Source: Carcharhinus longimanus (Eukaryota). From it: DNA of 64,000 bases. Location: the NCBI GenBank assembly GCA_030264375.1, contig JASCQW010000072.1, positions 84,703,884 to 84,767,883 of the forward strand, read 5' to 3'. How positions within the stretch are numbered: position 1 is the stretch's first letter; every line of letters begins with the position of its first letter. The notes below the pieces were generated by a model that had not been told where the DNA came from, searched no databases, and was given only the letters and a program-made list of their open reading frames with translations. Shown one piece after another: positions 1-12,603 of this stretch. The position numbers and the translations under genes were made by a program.

Positions 1-844
1 CCAGATTTATAGCAGCATGAAAATAGGTCGCGATTATCTGGTCCAGACTTCAATGATGGTCTGCACTTCCCGTGGCACCATGTAAGGAATGGCATTTGAA
101 TATCATGAATGTTCATTTTGAAAGCAGCTTTGACACAAACACATCATACAGGTGTGCTCAAGATATTCCTACCACTGCACATGAAGGAGCTCATAAGGAC
201 AATCTTCAGACACCTAGCTGCAACAAAAGAACATTCCTCCTCTTCGACACAATCATTTTCCCCGAAAGCAGCCATGGCCCTAACTCGTCAGAAAAATCAG
301 ATAGACCATGGAGCTCTCAAGATTCAGCATCATTGGGGGCCATCTCTCTGTTCCAGCAGTCCTGGGCTGCAGGCACGGAGAAGGCTGTGTGTGGGTATGG
401 TTTGAATGTGGCACATAATACAATGATCTGCCTAGGTGGGGCTGCTGAACCACAGACCACCTGCCCACGATACAACGATTTAATGAAGTGAGAAGCATAT
501 TATCAGGCATGAAAACCCGCCATTGCGGCCAATGGGAAAAATATTGCTCTTCCTGCCCGACACCATGCTTAGTCCATGGAGTGGAAAATCCCACCCAGAA
601 TTTCATTGGTTGCTAAGCACCTTGGATTGATCGGGGCCATGAAAGGAATTTTATAAATAGAAGGTTTATCCTCTTTTGACACCATAATCAAAGTGATAAC
701 CTGACTTCTACTTATGCTCATATTTTATGTTTAATATTACAGTGATAATAAATGATGTATGACATAATATTCATGGTATAAGCATCAGTGTTTGAATGTG
801 ATATTGTGCATGAGCTGAAAACAGACAGAATTAATCAGCATGGG

Positions 845-1235
845 GATATATATCTGGTGCTATGTAATGAGGCAGGTAGAATTAGGGACCTTGCGGTGAT
901 GGATCCTCTTGGAGAGAGTGATCATTGTATGGTGGAGTTTCTGGTGCAGATGGAGGAGGAGAAAGTGGGTTCCAGGACACGCGTCCTTTGTTTGAATAGA
1001 GGGGAGTACGGTAGGATGAGAGAAGAATTGGCGAATGTGGACTGGGGGAGNNNNNNNNNNNNNNNNNNNNNNNNNNNNNNNNNNNNNNNNNNNNNNNNNN
1101 NNNNNNNNNNNNNNNNNNNNNNNNNNNNNNNNNNNNNNNNNNNNNNNNNNATGATCTTATTGAATGGCGGGGCAGGCTCGAAGGGCCAGATGGCCTACTC
1201 CTGCTCCTATTTTTTATGTTCTTATGTTCTTATAT
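845..1235 (+). mobile_element. CR1-type LINE, 5'-truncated, interior lost in an N-gap
   Basis: Left of gap: APE endonuclease end (LVLCNE..I.DL.V.DPLGESDHCMVEF..LNRGEY..MREELANVDW). Right of gap: CR1 3' end (gcaggctcgaagggccagatggcctactcctgctcct, (ttatgttc)n). Confidence 0.85.
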
Positions 1236-4200
1236 GAATTTCCTTTTATCTGTCAGTAGTATAAAGGTTCAGTTAGCCGAATGCCATTATCCATTTCTTG
1301 GTTTTATTGTCATCTCGGGCATTAATAATCATAATTTAACTGCATACCATTCAACAGAATGTCAACAAATGCTCAGATTAATGTTGGAGGAATCGATACT
1401 CACAGTAGCTTTGCGTTAACCTCAAGGATGCAGCCCACAAAACCAGTTGCACCATCACTTGGAACATACTGGATCCTGGCATTAGGAGACATTATCCAAC
1501 TAAAGTCACCTTAAGTAGTAATTCTATAACCTAAACTAAATGTGGCAGACATTTTATACTGCAGCTTGGAGTAGACCAGCATTCTCCCCTGATTTTGATA
1601 ATACACTATGGTCAATAATCCTGCAACTGGGACATAAGATGGAGTATAAACTTTGTTATTGGTTCACTGAATGCAGAGGCATCAATGTAGCAGTACAGCA
1701 TGGAAAATGGCAGGCCTTGCATAATGATATGAAGAATTCCACAACTTGTATTGAATTGAACACTTTATGTAGTGAATCATATTTTAGATTTGCTTCCAAA
1801 GCAATGTAATAATGATTTTGCTCTCTAGTAATCCCAACAGAATATTCCTTCTAGGCTTTGATTTATATTATCAAGAAAACAGAGTAATTACTGCCTGTTT
1901 ATATTGTTTTCTTTTGTATTATTTTACACTCAAAGGGCTGAATTTTACATGCTCCTCGGTGTGTTTCCCACAGGTGAGGCACACGAAATAGGTCGGGCAC
2001 CCATCCCCCCATCTTCCCACCCACCCCAAAGCTCACCCAAAATAAGAAGGGTGAGCAGACACCAAAATTGGCAGCCCTTACAAAATACTTAAATAAGAAC
2101 TGAAGGATCAATTAGGCTTGTTCGTAAGCTTGTTCACTATGATAATAAGGCCCATGCCTTAAAAGAATGGACAGCCAGGTGGGAGCAGGCAGCCCTATTT
2201 TATTCCTGAGATAGTTAAAGGGCAGGAAGAAATTGAGATTGGGGGGCGGATGGGGGGAGGGGGTGGATGGGGGGAGGGGTGGGGTTGGGGGGTGAGGGAG
2301 TTGCACTTAGGACTTCCCTTTGCTGACTGTGGGCTAGTCCACCTAAGATCAAACCTCCCTGTTCCTTCCTATACCATCCCTCTCTTAAACACAGCCCTTC
2401 TCCCTAACATACCCTAATCTTCCCAACCCAAGATCCCAGACTTTCCTGTTCTTTGTATCCATCTTCTCCTTCTGCTGCAGTGCTGGCAGCAGCCTTCTTG
2501 CACTGCTAGGACTGATAGAGCTGCTTGCTCCAGAGGGCAGGACTTCTGTCCAAGTGAGGGGCAGAGGTCCCACTCAGTCCTCGTTAATCAGCCTTGCAGC
2601 ACTTTACCGCACTTTACTACTGCAGGATGGGTCAGTCTGGAACATGTCGGCAACATTTCTGGGAGGGCATGCCATCCACTCACCCACATCCCTTCCAAAC
2701 TACTCCTGCATCAACATTGTATTGGGTTTGCTCAAGGTGACAGGCATGAAGCAACCAGGCTAACCTGGAGAATATGAGAACAACAGACTGACCTTAGAGA
2801 GGAAATAAACCTTGTCAGCCTATTGTATTCCTCAGTGCAGTATCTTTCCTTATTTTTCAAGCGGTCACATTGGCAGCTAGAAAGATACTGGACTTCCCAA
2901 ACATATATGACTATTTCAATATCTTACTATAATCCTGAATATAAATCTATTGATCTTCACAGAATTTGTTCATGAAGCACTGGTGTCAAGTCCTGAAATG
3001 GCATCTAGTCCACTGAGTGGAACAGTGCTCTTTCTATGTATCCATTCTGTTACTTGCCACCTTGAAAAGAGATCATTTTGATCCATAGCTATGTCATGCT
3101 AAATTCCTGGTCCTCTCCAAATGCCTTGACCCAGTATTTTATAATGTGTGTTTTGTTACTCTAATTAAAATGTAATGACAGACAACTAAGAGATTCATGA
3201 TCACTGGTGCATATCTTGTGCTACAACTGCCAACTAGGCACTCATCAGCAGTGCTCTCTTGAAATAATTCATGAATGACTGTAAGGGCTAACAGGTGGAT
3301 GATCTGTCTCCCCTAATATTCTAAGACAATGCACTGAACTCTCAATATTCTTTCAAGTTAGTTTTAATGCAGCCAGTATTGAACATGAACGCCATTAATT
3401 TCTCAAAGGATTCTCTCAATTGTCTCCCATAAATTTGGCAGAATCCTCAGAGAAATGGCATAAACCCAGCTGTACTGAGTCTCTGCCATTTCCAACAGTT
3501 TCATCAATAAATTGTAAGGGGCATAAATTTCATTCACTTCTTATATGATGGCCAGGGCACAGAGCCAGTGGTAAGAACTCCAAAAATCACCTGTGGCCAT
3601 ATTGACAATTTTCAAAACGTAATTGTTTACTCCAGTGAATAGTTATTATCATACCTTTGAATAAGGCATTAAAAGTGCAAGGTTGTAATGATCTTCTCCT
3701 TCATTGGAAGGACAATTCCCAAAATCTAGGTTTGTGCTTCCCTGATTAATCATAGCCAGTTTCCTAAGAAATTTTGCACATATAGCTTTGAGGGTAAGGT
3801 TGGGGGTCTGCAGTTCATGTAAATGAACTTGCCTTACATCGTTCCTTTCATATTTCCGCTGCCACTCCCCCCACTTTAAACGATATGCTATATTAATGAA
3901 TACCTACTGGTACGTCCCTTTCCAGAATGTTAGTTACATCAAAGAATGATCTTTTTAACTTTTGGATAGAAACATTCAGAGAGTAAAAGTGAAAAACAAA
4001 CCTAGATTATATTGAAAAATTAATCTTTAGTAGTCCTAAAAATAGAGTTCAGTTTAATTCATGTTAAAATTAAAACACTGTCATGTTTACCTAGCCCTCA
4101 CCATTTGGAATATCCACTTCTCAAATTTCCTGTTGCTTTTAAACATAACACACCAGCAAAGAGGGAGAGAAAAGGGCAACCTTACAAATAGCATAATGAT

Positions 4201-4439
4201 CATAGATCATAGTTTTAATAGTGATGACATAGGTAATGCCAACATGCATTGCTTAACTATCATAGTTTATCATTGTCGGTGCAGGTATGTCAGATGTACA
4301 ATGTAAATTTGTATACCTTTAATTGACTCATTTAGAGCTATTTATATGGCCTCAGGTGTACTATTTTTTAAGGATAATCATTCTGAACCCTGGTATCTAG
4401 GTGCAATCATTGAAGCTAAGTTTATTGTTAAGATATATC

Positions 4440-4594
4440 GGGCAGAATTTTCCCGTCCAGCCCGCCACAGAAATCATAGCAGGTGGCAGTTTTTTGGCAG
4501 GTTGGTGGGGGGGGTGGCAGGGACACCATGCAATGATCTGTTGGCTTTGGACGGGATTTTCCAGTCTTGGGGCGAGCATGGCCGGAAAATTCCA
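4440..4594. mobile_element. MITE, Harbinger-like TIR family (about 130-180 bp)
   Basis: gggcagaattttcc...ggaaaattcc inverted ends. Confidence 0.6.
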
Positions 4595-5799
4595 TTCATT
4601 GTATTTCACTGATGATTCCTCTCTCTGTAATGATGACTTGAACATCAATGATAGAACATTATTACATTGATTCAATAGATATGTACTCCAGTAACTGTTT
4701 CTATTTGTGCATTATAATTTCAAACGTACAATGTTTAGATTATTTTAATTGCAACTGTAATCCAATACACACCAGCAAACACAGCAATGTTCAATTTCTA
4801 TTGATTATCAACACAGGAAAACAGAGGACTCAGATCTTCCAATCTGTGGATTGTTGTACCCTGGAGGATGTGCTGGAGAACCCTCAGAAGTTCCAACACA
4901 AAGGACTCTGTGGGAATTGCCTGCAAAGTTTCAATTCCCATTAGGCAACTGTCCTGCCTCTGAAACTGAGTTGAATTCGCAGACTTTGGATGGTTCAGAT
5001 GCACTTAGCAGAATAGTTTCCCAGAAAAAGTCAGAAGGATTTAAACAGTCCTAACTCCTTGATAACTCTACTGCTGCAAACCCACCTCTCATTCCCATTG
5101 ACCACCTGACTATCTGACCATCCCAACTATCCTCCAGACCATCCTGACTACCAACATCATCAACCACACCTATCCCTGACTACTCAACCAGCCATCAACC
5201 CTGACTACCCCCACACCAACCACCACTCCACCCCTTGATGACCCCCAACCAACACCCAACAATGCTTCGACTCTTTCTAACCATCCAGCCCCACACCCAT
5301 CCACCTGCCATCCTATCCCCACACTCACCCAACTGCCATCCTACCCCCTCACCTTCTTTCAGTAGCTTGTTAAACTGTGTTTGGCACCTTTAAACTTACC
5401 GGAACACGGCAGAGGGATATGGTTTAGCTTCCCCCAGGGAAGGATTCCAGGGGCAGGAGGCCTGGTTTGGAAGTCCAAATGAAAATGTACAACTTGGGTG
5501 CAAGGTAAATAAAGAACAGTAGAACGGCATTCTGACAGTGACTGCCACTCCTCAGAAGATTTAGCCGAGGATCAGAAAACCAAAACAGAATCATAGTATA
5601 ATAATGAAGACACAAGACAAGTTAAAAGGCTTCCCTCCTGGAACTCATTACCTCAGATACAGTACACAGCATTTCAGTATGAAAATTGGTTTAAAAAGTA
5701 GTAAATCTCTGCATTGAATTTGGTATATTTGCAAGTTAGTATCGCATCTTCGCAATTTTAAGAGAGTGCTGCCAACAAGTTTTCCTAATATTAACATAT

Positions 5800-6000
5800 A
5801 TATCTGGGAAGCTGAGTCCTATGAATGCACGAGAAGCTCTCCCTTGGCAGACTGACAGTGTTATTACTTTGAGTTTATTTGGTCTGTTGCACACACATAT
5901 ATCATCAGCCTTAGACAAAATTATTGCCCACTCCCCTTCTGACATCTTCTGATCTGCTGCTTTCAATGAGGTTTCCCATTGCTTGCACCCTCCATCACCG
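5800..6000 (-). mobile_element. Degenerate L1/Tx1-like LINE ORF2 C-terminal fragment
   Basis: KQWETSL...MSEGEWAIILSKADDICVCNR resembles the fish-type L1 W E.DL...S.EEW..I...SIC.R region. Confidence 0.4.
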
Positions 6001-6138
6001 GGGAACCTATGTCGGCAGGACCAGTTGTAAAGTCCCACCCATAGTAACATAATTAGCATTGTCTTTAGTCTTACTGATTAACTATACATTCTTGGCATGC
6101 ATCACTTATTTAATATTGCTGAAATAATGGTTACTTAC

Positions 6139-6304
6139 CCAGATGGGCAAACACATCCTGACTGACATGGCATGGATTCCGGGCATGAAATGTTTAAGAG
6201 TAGATTTTCACAGGTATCTCTACACCCTGCTCCTACACTTGCATCAAAGCCACTCACGGGAGCACTGCAGTTGAAGTATATTTGCTCAGGACCACATTGC
6301 GAAC
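6139..6304 (-). CDS. OTOG: Otogelin exon, TIL' (GSQCGPEQIYFNCSAPVSGFDASVGAGCRDTCENLLLNISCPESMPCQSGCVCPS)
   Basis: 166 nt, CAG/GTAAGT, phase 1-2, TIL pattern ending SGCVCP. Confidence 0.95.
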
Positions 6305-7529
6305 CTGTACATTAGGAAAATGGTTAATAATATTGTGAACAACCATAACCATAAACTGGCATGCTCAGGACAGAAGCCATGCCAGGTTTCAGATATTGCC
6401 AGATTTTGGGTTGAGCAGTTTGGGCCATGGGCACCACGGGCTAAACTAGATCGGGTGGGCTCAACGGTCACTTAACGTGCAGCTATAGAAGGGCATGCAA
6501 GCAGCGAAGTGGAGAACTTGTTCAGCACCACATTGAACAAATGAAGCGTCTAACTGAATTGTCCAGCTCAGTTATTTTCTTCATTTTACTCAATTAAAAT
6601 TGATGCACTGCACATTATAAAATTGTCAGTTTTTTGGACAACTTTGGCTTTTGGATAGATTTGAGACAATTGCTGAAATTTTCCCATCCTTCTCGATGGT
6701 GGGATTGGAAAATAGCAATCCCCAATTCCACATTCCCCAGAAGTAGAGGGTGCAGAGCTTACCGAACCCATCGGTGGAACTGGAAAATCCTATGGCGGGC
6801 CACCTCCACCACCAGAAAAACACCAGTATCCGTATTAATTTTCACAATCAGTTCCAGAACTTTATGCAACATTTTTTATGGTAGTCTGTCGTCATCTGAC
6901 CTCATCCATGCCAAAGACTTACCTTGCGCAGAATTGCAAATGTAGTCACAAATTGGTGGAAGTATTAGATTGGAAAAGGTTTGCAAGAAAACAAGCTTTA
7001 CCAATTGGTCCCTTAAATTTCAGTTAAATATATTGGCAACACTGGTTTCAATGTTTTAAATAACTGTTTGCAGTAATTGGAACTTCCAAAATAATGGAAC
7101 TAAACAAGTCCTCAACATATGTTCTGATCATTTTCTGAAATTCACTTGAAAATATTCTACCAATGAAGAAGTAGCTGTCAATTTCATTGGTGCACTGCAA
7201 TACCATTCCATGCTCAATTCCAAAAGAATACAAGGGGTGATTTTATTACATTTATTTCTGCAATATTTTTGTAGTTCTCGCCTAACTACAATTTACCAAC
7301 AATGTGGTTTCCAGTAGTGTTCTGGAGGTTAAATTTCCTTAATCTTCCAGTGATGATATTATAAATTTCATGTTTCAGTAAGTAAATCATTTCACATTGC
7401 TTACTGTTCTCCGACTGTCATTTTTTTCATGATAAAGGGGAAAAATATGCTTGCAAAGCCAACAGCACAGTTAATTCAAATTCGAATTTATTGAATGAAA
7501 TAACACAGCTAGAAATTCAGATATAAAAT

Positions 7530-7674
7530 AAAGTTTATTTATTAGTCACAAGTAGGCTTATATTAACACTGCAATGAAGTTACTGTGAAAATCTCCCAGT
7601 TGCCACACTCCGGCGCCTATTCGGGTACAGTGAGGGAGAAGCTAGCTTGGCCAATGCACCTAACCAGCACATCT
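7530..7674 (-). mobile_element. V-SINE 3' fragment, alternative tail (type B)
   Basis: Reverse complement of the tail seen at 10790-10910 (ggagtgtggcaact..cacagtaacttcattgcagtgttaat..agcctacttgtgactaataaataaacttt). Confidence 0.75.
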
Positions 7675-8219
7675 GGTTATAAATTTAAAAAAACTAATAT
7701 AAAAAACTAATATAAATTTAGTGTTGGTGACATTAGTGGACCTATATAAATAATTAATAAAATCATTTATTCACTTTTATGAGAGTTTTATGTCTATTTC
7801 ATTACATCCATTGATTTTTCACTAGCATGGTATATGCTTGAGGTATATTCTATTCCATGTCACAAACTGTATATTATCTCTTTCCATGTACAATATTGAT
7901 ATTACACTTTTATTTTAAGATGGCAAGGACCACATTTAAGGCTGCAACACATTTTCAGCTTTGCATTTCTGTCAAAATTGGTTTAGTTTAATTGTGGTTT
8001 CATCTGAACTTCCTCCTTGAAGTATGAGCCATCTGTTATTCTTTATTAAATGATCTTGGTTCTCTGCAGTACATGGAGAAACATATCAGAGTATTAGTAC
8101 TGCTCATAGCAAATGGAGCATTCCTACATCTGTTTAGGTAAGGAGATTTGGCATTAAGATGAAAAATATTACAGTAAAAAAAAGCAGAGAAATGATAAAT
8201 CCCTGTTATGAGAAAAGGC

Positions 8220-8350
8220 AAAATACTGCAGGTACTAGAAAGCTGAAATAAAAACAGGAAATGCTGGAAAAATGCAACAAGTCAATCAGCATTTGTGGAG
8301 AAAACAGATAAATTAACACCTTGGATATGATCCACTTCTTCCAAACTGCA
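8220..8350 (-). mobile_element. Penelope-like element terminal fragment, degenerate
   Basis: aaatactgcaggtactagaaagctgaaataaaaacaggaaatgctggaaaa..agcatttgtggagaaaacaga; same family as 57625-57730 and 21195-21295. Confidence 0.55.
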
Positions 8351-10455
8351 AAAAATGTTTTCAAATCTACTATACAAATTTGTTACATTTCTTATTTGCA
8401 ATAACAAATATAAAGTCTGAGATGAATTTGTTAACTATGCCAAGCTTCTTCCTTGGTATTTATGATGGAATTTTATGACCTCATTGTGCCCGTTTTATGG
8501 AGGGAAAATGTTGTAAAATTGGGCATAATAAGACTAGTAGGAATGGTGTCTGTTTTCATTTTACCAAGAAAAAAGTAATCGGCACGATTGGGACCTTGCC
8601 CAAAACAGGTGATACGTCAATTTATATTTTTTTGCATTCATCACAATGTAATTAGTGAGCTTCACTCCCAATCATCCCAGATCATCTGCCTTAATGAATT
8701 CAGTCGCTGCAGCTGGATTGGTCTTCCACAGTGAGCTCCAGAAGCTCTGGTGTCACTTGGCCCTGCGAGTCCTGAAGGACACCAGCGTTCTTGCGGTGGC
8801 CTTGAGTCAGAGGCCACCTGTCAATGACAGCAGCAAGTGCCCTTTGAGCCTGGGCCACACTCTGCAGCCCCTCAACCATGACCTTCTGTGACTGAGCCAC
8901 GTTCTCAAGGGCTGCTACCATTGCCCACTATGTCTCAGCACTATCCCACTGGGTCTCCTGCAAGCTCTCGAGTCTCTCAGCCATGGACCACAGAATCTTG
9001 AGAATCTTGAGGCCCTCAGCTGTGGCCTGCTGTGACTCGGCCATGGCCCTCTGGGACTCTGCCGTGGTCTGCTGTGACTTGGTCATCGCTTGGATCTTGC
9101 CTCTCATGGTGAGGATTTTCTGCTCCAGGCTTTACACTGCAGATGCCAGCCTTGCAGTGTGGACCTGGGAACCAGGCCAACCACGCAAGACAGGCAGTAA
9201 CTGGTCCATCTGAAAGCTTTGCAACTCCTCCCAAAAAGCCTCACAGTCAAACCAGTGTTGCTTTCAGCTCCTCCTGCAATATATGGTTCTGTTGCTGCAT
9301 CTCCAGCAGCTAAGGGATAAGTGACCATAGAGACCCAGCATGTAGCATAGTTGAGTCCTCACCTCCGGCACACCCCTGATCTCACACATCTCCTCCTCCA
9401 TCTGATGCACATCAGGAGATGTGTCGTGTGCACCCAGATAGTGACTCAGATGCCTCACCACTAACTTGACCCACCAATGTGAGAATCTGGTGAGTTGTGA
9501 GGTGGAAGCNNNNNNNNNNNNNNNNNNNNNNNNNNNNNNNNNNNNNNNNNNNNNNNNNNNNNNNNNNNNNNNNNNNNNNNNNNNNNNNNNNNNNNNNNNN
9601 NNNNNNNNNGACTCAGATGCCTCACCACTAACTTGACCCACCAATGTGAGAATCTCGTGAGTTGTGAGGTGGAAGCTGATGTAAAACTGGTGCGGCCTCG
9701 GAGCTCCCTTCATTAGCCTCCTCTGAGAAGTCTTCTGAACTGTCAGGGGCAGGATGAATGGAAGCAGCAATGGGAGCAATGATGCCAGATGGCCCAGATA
9801 CATCAGGATCCCTCCCTGCAACTTAGAACACAAGGTTAAGTGCAAGGGAGAGAGAGGAATCTGGGCTGCATGCAACTTACTTGAGATTTCTCCAACAAGT
9901 GCTCACTTCTATGCTCCAGCCTTACCACGCTGTCATTAATGGTCCGCATCCCCTCCACTTTCACAAGCTCTAGTGCCCCCTCCTCAAAGGGGGTGAGGAT
10001 CCAGATTTCAGGCACACAACCCCCTGTCTTCGCCCTCTCTGATGATAATGAGTATTCTTTGCTTGTGGGGACAGAAGATGTCACGTAAAATCTGACGGCA
10101 CAAGTGCTGCAGGGTTTCAGGGGGTAGCCCTCAGACGGCAAGGATTCTGATACTCTTGGGGGAGCAGAAGGCAGGTGTCTGAGAGTCAGGTGCTGAAAGC
10201 ATGCAGGATGCTGGGGAGGGGGGCAACTGAAGTTCATGTAGAGGGAAGATGCAAAATGAGGTGAAATGCTCACCCGTGCTACCCGAATTAGGTCATACAG
10301 TTTTTGCAGCACTGCTTCCCAGTTCTCCTGGCCAGTGCTCTGGCACTAATGCATGCTGCCAGCATCTCCCAGGCTGCATTTTCATCTCTTCCTGTGGGAT
10401 GACGTCCTGCTGGAGAGAAAAAGGACATCCTGCCTTGTCTCCAATGCCACCAGCA

Positions 10456-10539
10456 GAAACCCCTCGAAAGCTAGTGAGTTTTCTATCAAATAAATTGGTT
10501 GGACTAAAACCTGGTGTTGTCAGACTTTTTACTGTGTGT
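10456..10539 (+). mobile_element. Penelope-like terminal fragment inserted in Harbinger ORF1
   Basis: cgaaagctagtg..ggttggactaaaacctggtgttgtcagacttttt; same family as 36127-36270; flanked by ACCAGCA at 10449-10455 and 10540-10546. Confidence 0.75.
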
Positions 10540-10610
10540 ACCAGCAACCTGGCCAGACCAGCATCCGAAAAACAGGGAGCTGTCTTCCTGGAAGCCATTT
10601 CATCCTGCAC

Positions 10611-10910
10611 TGGCTATACAGTGGCACAGTGGTTAGCACTGCTGCATCACAGTGCCAGGGACTCAGGTTCAATTCCTGGCTTGGGTCACTGCGTGGAATC
10701 TGCACGTTCTCCCTATGTCTGCATGGGTTTCCTCCAGATGCTCTGGTCTCCTCTCACAGTCAGAAAAAGATGCTGGTTCGATACACTGGCCATGCTAAAT
10801 TGTCCCTCAGTGTATCTGAACAGTACTGGAGTGTGGCGACCAGGGAATTTTCAGAGTAAGTTCTTTGCAGCGTTAATGTAAGCCTACTTGTGATACTAAT
10901 AAATAAACTT
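10611..10910 (+). mobile_element. tRNA-derived V-SINE, tail type B
   Basis: A box (gtggcacagtggttagc), B box (ggttcaattcc), V-domain-like core, tail ending aataaataaactt. Confidence 0.85.
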
Positions 10911-12559
10911 TATTTTTTCTTTTTACTTTACTGGNNNNNNNNNNNNNNNNNNNNNNNNNNNNNNNNNNNNNNNNNNNNNNNNNNNNNNNNNNNNNNNNNN
11001 NNNNNNNNNNNNNNNNNNNNNNNNNNNNNNNNNNGCCTACTTGTGATACTAATAAATAAACTTTATTTTTTCTTTTTACTTTACTGGCTGTCCAGCATTG
11101 GGGTTTTATGGAACTGTCTCTTGTTAGGGCAGATCAGCTGCAGGCAGTTTGGGCGAATCACATGCCCATTAGAGAATTCCAGTGCGTTTAATGCAGTTTG
11201 TCTTGTTACCATGGAGGAGAAGCCAAATCATCACTTGCAGGTGTGCTGATTGGGGAGGGAGGGGGGAGGGTGGGGGGAGGTTGTTGGTGGTGGTGGTGGT
11301 GGAAAGGGGGTCAGTAATGCTGGGGAAGGGGGTTGTCTCAGATGTCAATGGGGGGAGTGGGAGGGACGTCTGCCAGGAGAGCTGTTTTTTTTCCCACTTT
11401 TCTTACACAAGCGCAGTTTGTGTCTCTGATCTGGTGAATTAGGCCCCACCCACTGCTTCAAGTAGCTAGAAATGGTCTAGCCCATACTTTTAAAAACTGA
11501 GTGCATTTGATTGGGCGTGAAAACTTGCCCATAAAACAGGTCAGGAACTCTCCTGTTTTCATGCTAGCAGAACAATTACAAAAAAGCTCGTAGAATTATG
11601 TCCAATATGTACTAATATCCAACATTTCATATGTCATATTTTTTCATATATATGCTCTGAGGCAAATGATAATCAGCTGGATTTAATATATCTGTCACAG
11701 CGAGAATCATGGGAGACAAGTCAGTCCCGCACCAGTGAGAAAAACCTCATGATTAAGCTGGAGGCAGGAATGGGACTATGGGAGAATCCTAACTGCTCAC
11801 AGTGGATTATTGATTAATTATTGAATAAGCTGACATCAACTATCCTTGAGCACTCTGGAATGAAATGGTGTCTCAGGAATTACATGTGAATGACTTGATT
11901 TTCCCATGATTCCAGAAGGCTGCCAGGTAAAAAGGTACCTAATGCCACAGTAAGAGACCCAGCAGCATGGTGAGAGTCTGGATGCTGAAAGCCATCTACT
12001 CACTGCCTTGGCTTCCAACCCCACTGTTCCCCATCTCTCAAGACCTCCTTTTCACAAATCCCATCCTGCACTTTGTTGTGGTCCATGTTCCTCAGTGATC
12101 CCTGGCCTCTTTCTGGGTTCATTATCAGTAACAGACATTGCTCCTGGTGGTGCTGCCTGAAATGGAGGGCCGCTAACCTCTGATTAGCTCTAGCAGCTCT
12201 CAGTGCACTGCATTACTGACTCTGGGGTCCTAAATCCTGGTGAAGGCCTAACGCTGACTAGTTAAGTGCTTGATCCCATTGAACCTGCTCCTCTGTGTCA
12301 TTGCAGATTTACCACTATTTTTCTAACTGGGGTGGAACCTGCATTAATTATACTACATTCCACCAGTGTTTCTTTTCATAAAACAGATGACTGGGAGCAG
12401 AATAGGAGATGAGTTTTGGAAAACAGGTAAGTTTTGCAAATTAACCTTTGTAATAAAATTTTAAATGCCAAATATATTCTTGGCTCATTAATCATTCTTG
12501 GCAAATGTCTAATCTTTCAACACAGAATAAACATTAATCGTCCCAGATCTAGAACTTAC

Positions 12560-12603
12560 CAAGTTTTTGAGTCTGGAGCTGCATGACACCTTCAGAACAA
12601 ATC
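12560..12603 (-). CDS. OTOG: Otogelin small exon, E2 second half (WICSEGVMQLQTQKL)
   Basis: 44 nt, polypyrimidine-CAG/GTAAGT, phase 2-1 bridges the flanking exons exactly; C..GVM matches recalled OTOG CKDGVM. Confidence 0.85.

Larger units (their letters stand above)
8460..11605 (-). mobile_element. PIF/Harbinger DNA transposon deletion derivative carrying a decayed Myb/SANT-like ORF1
   Basis: After removing the 10456-10539 insert: MASRKTAPCFSDAGLARLLVALETRQDVLF..NAAWEMLAACISARALARRTGKQC.KKLYDLIRVAR|gtgag (frameshifted), then ERAKTGGCVPEIWILTPFEEGALEL and a coiled-coil tail at 8700-9200; degenerate TIR-like ends (boundaries approximate). Confidence 0.75.

Noticed and set aside
3655-3725. Possible next OTOG exon (TAG...AAG|GTATGA on the minus strand)
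   Set aside because: No frame gives the expected Cys-rich CxxPxxCPC..G..Y.PG peptide. I found no matching exon in 1-6138, so it probably lies outside the window.
7048-7233. RTYVEDLF as a possible RT YVDD-like motif
   Set aside because: No other RT motifs recognisable nearby
10249-10881. 210-aa plus-strand ORF
   Set aside because: Chance read-through of antisense Harbinger ORF1, a Penelope-like fragment and a SINE
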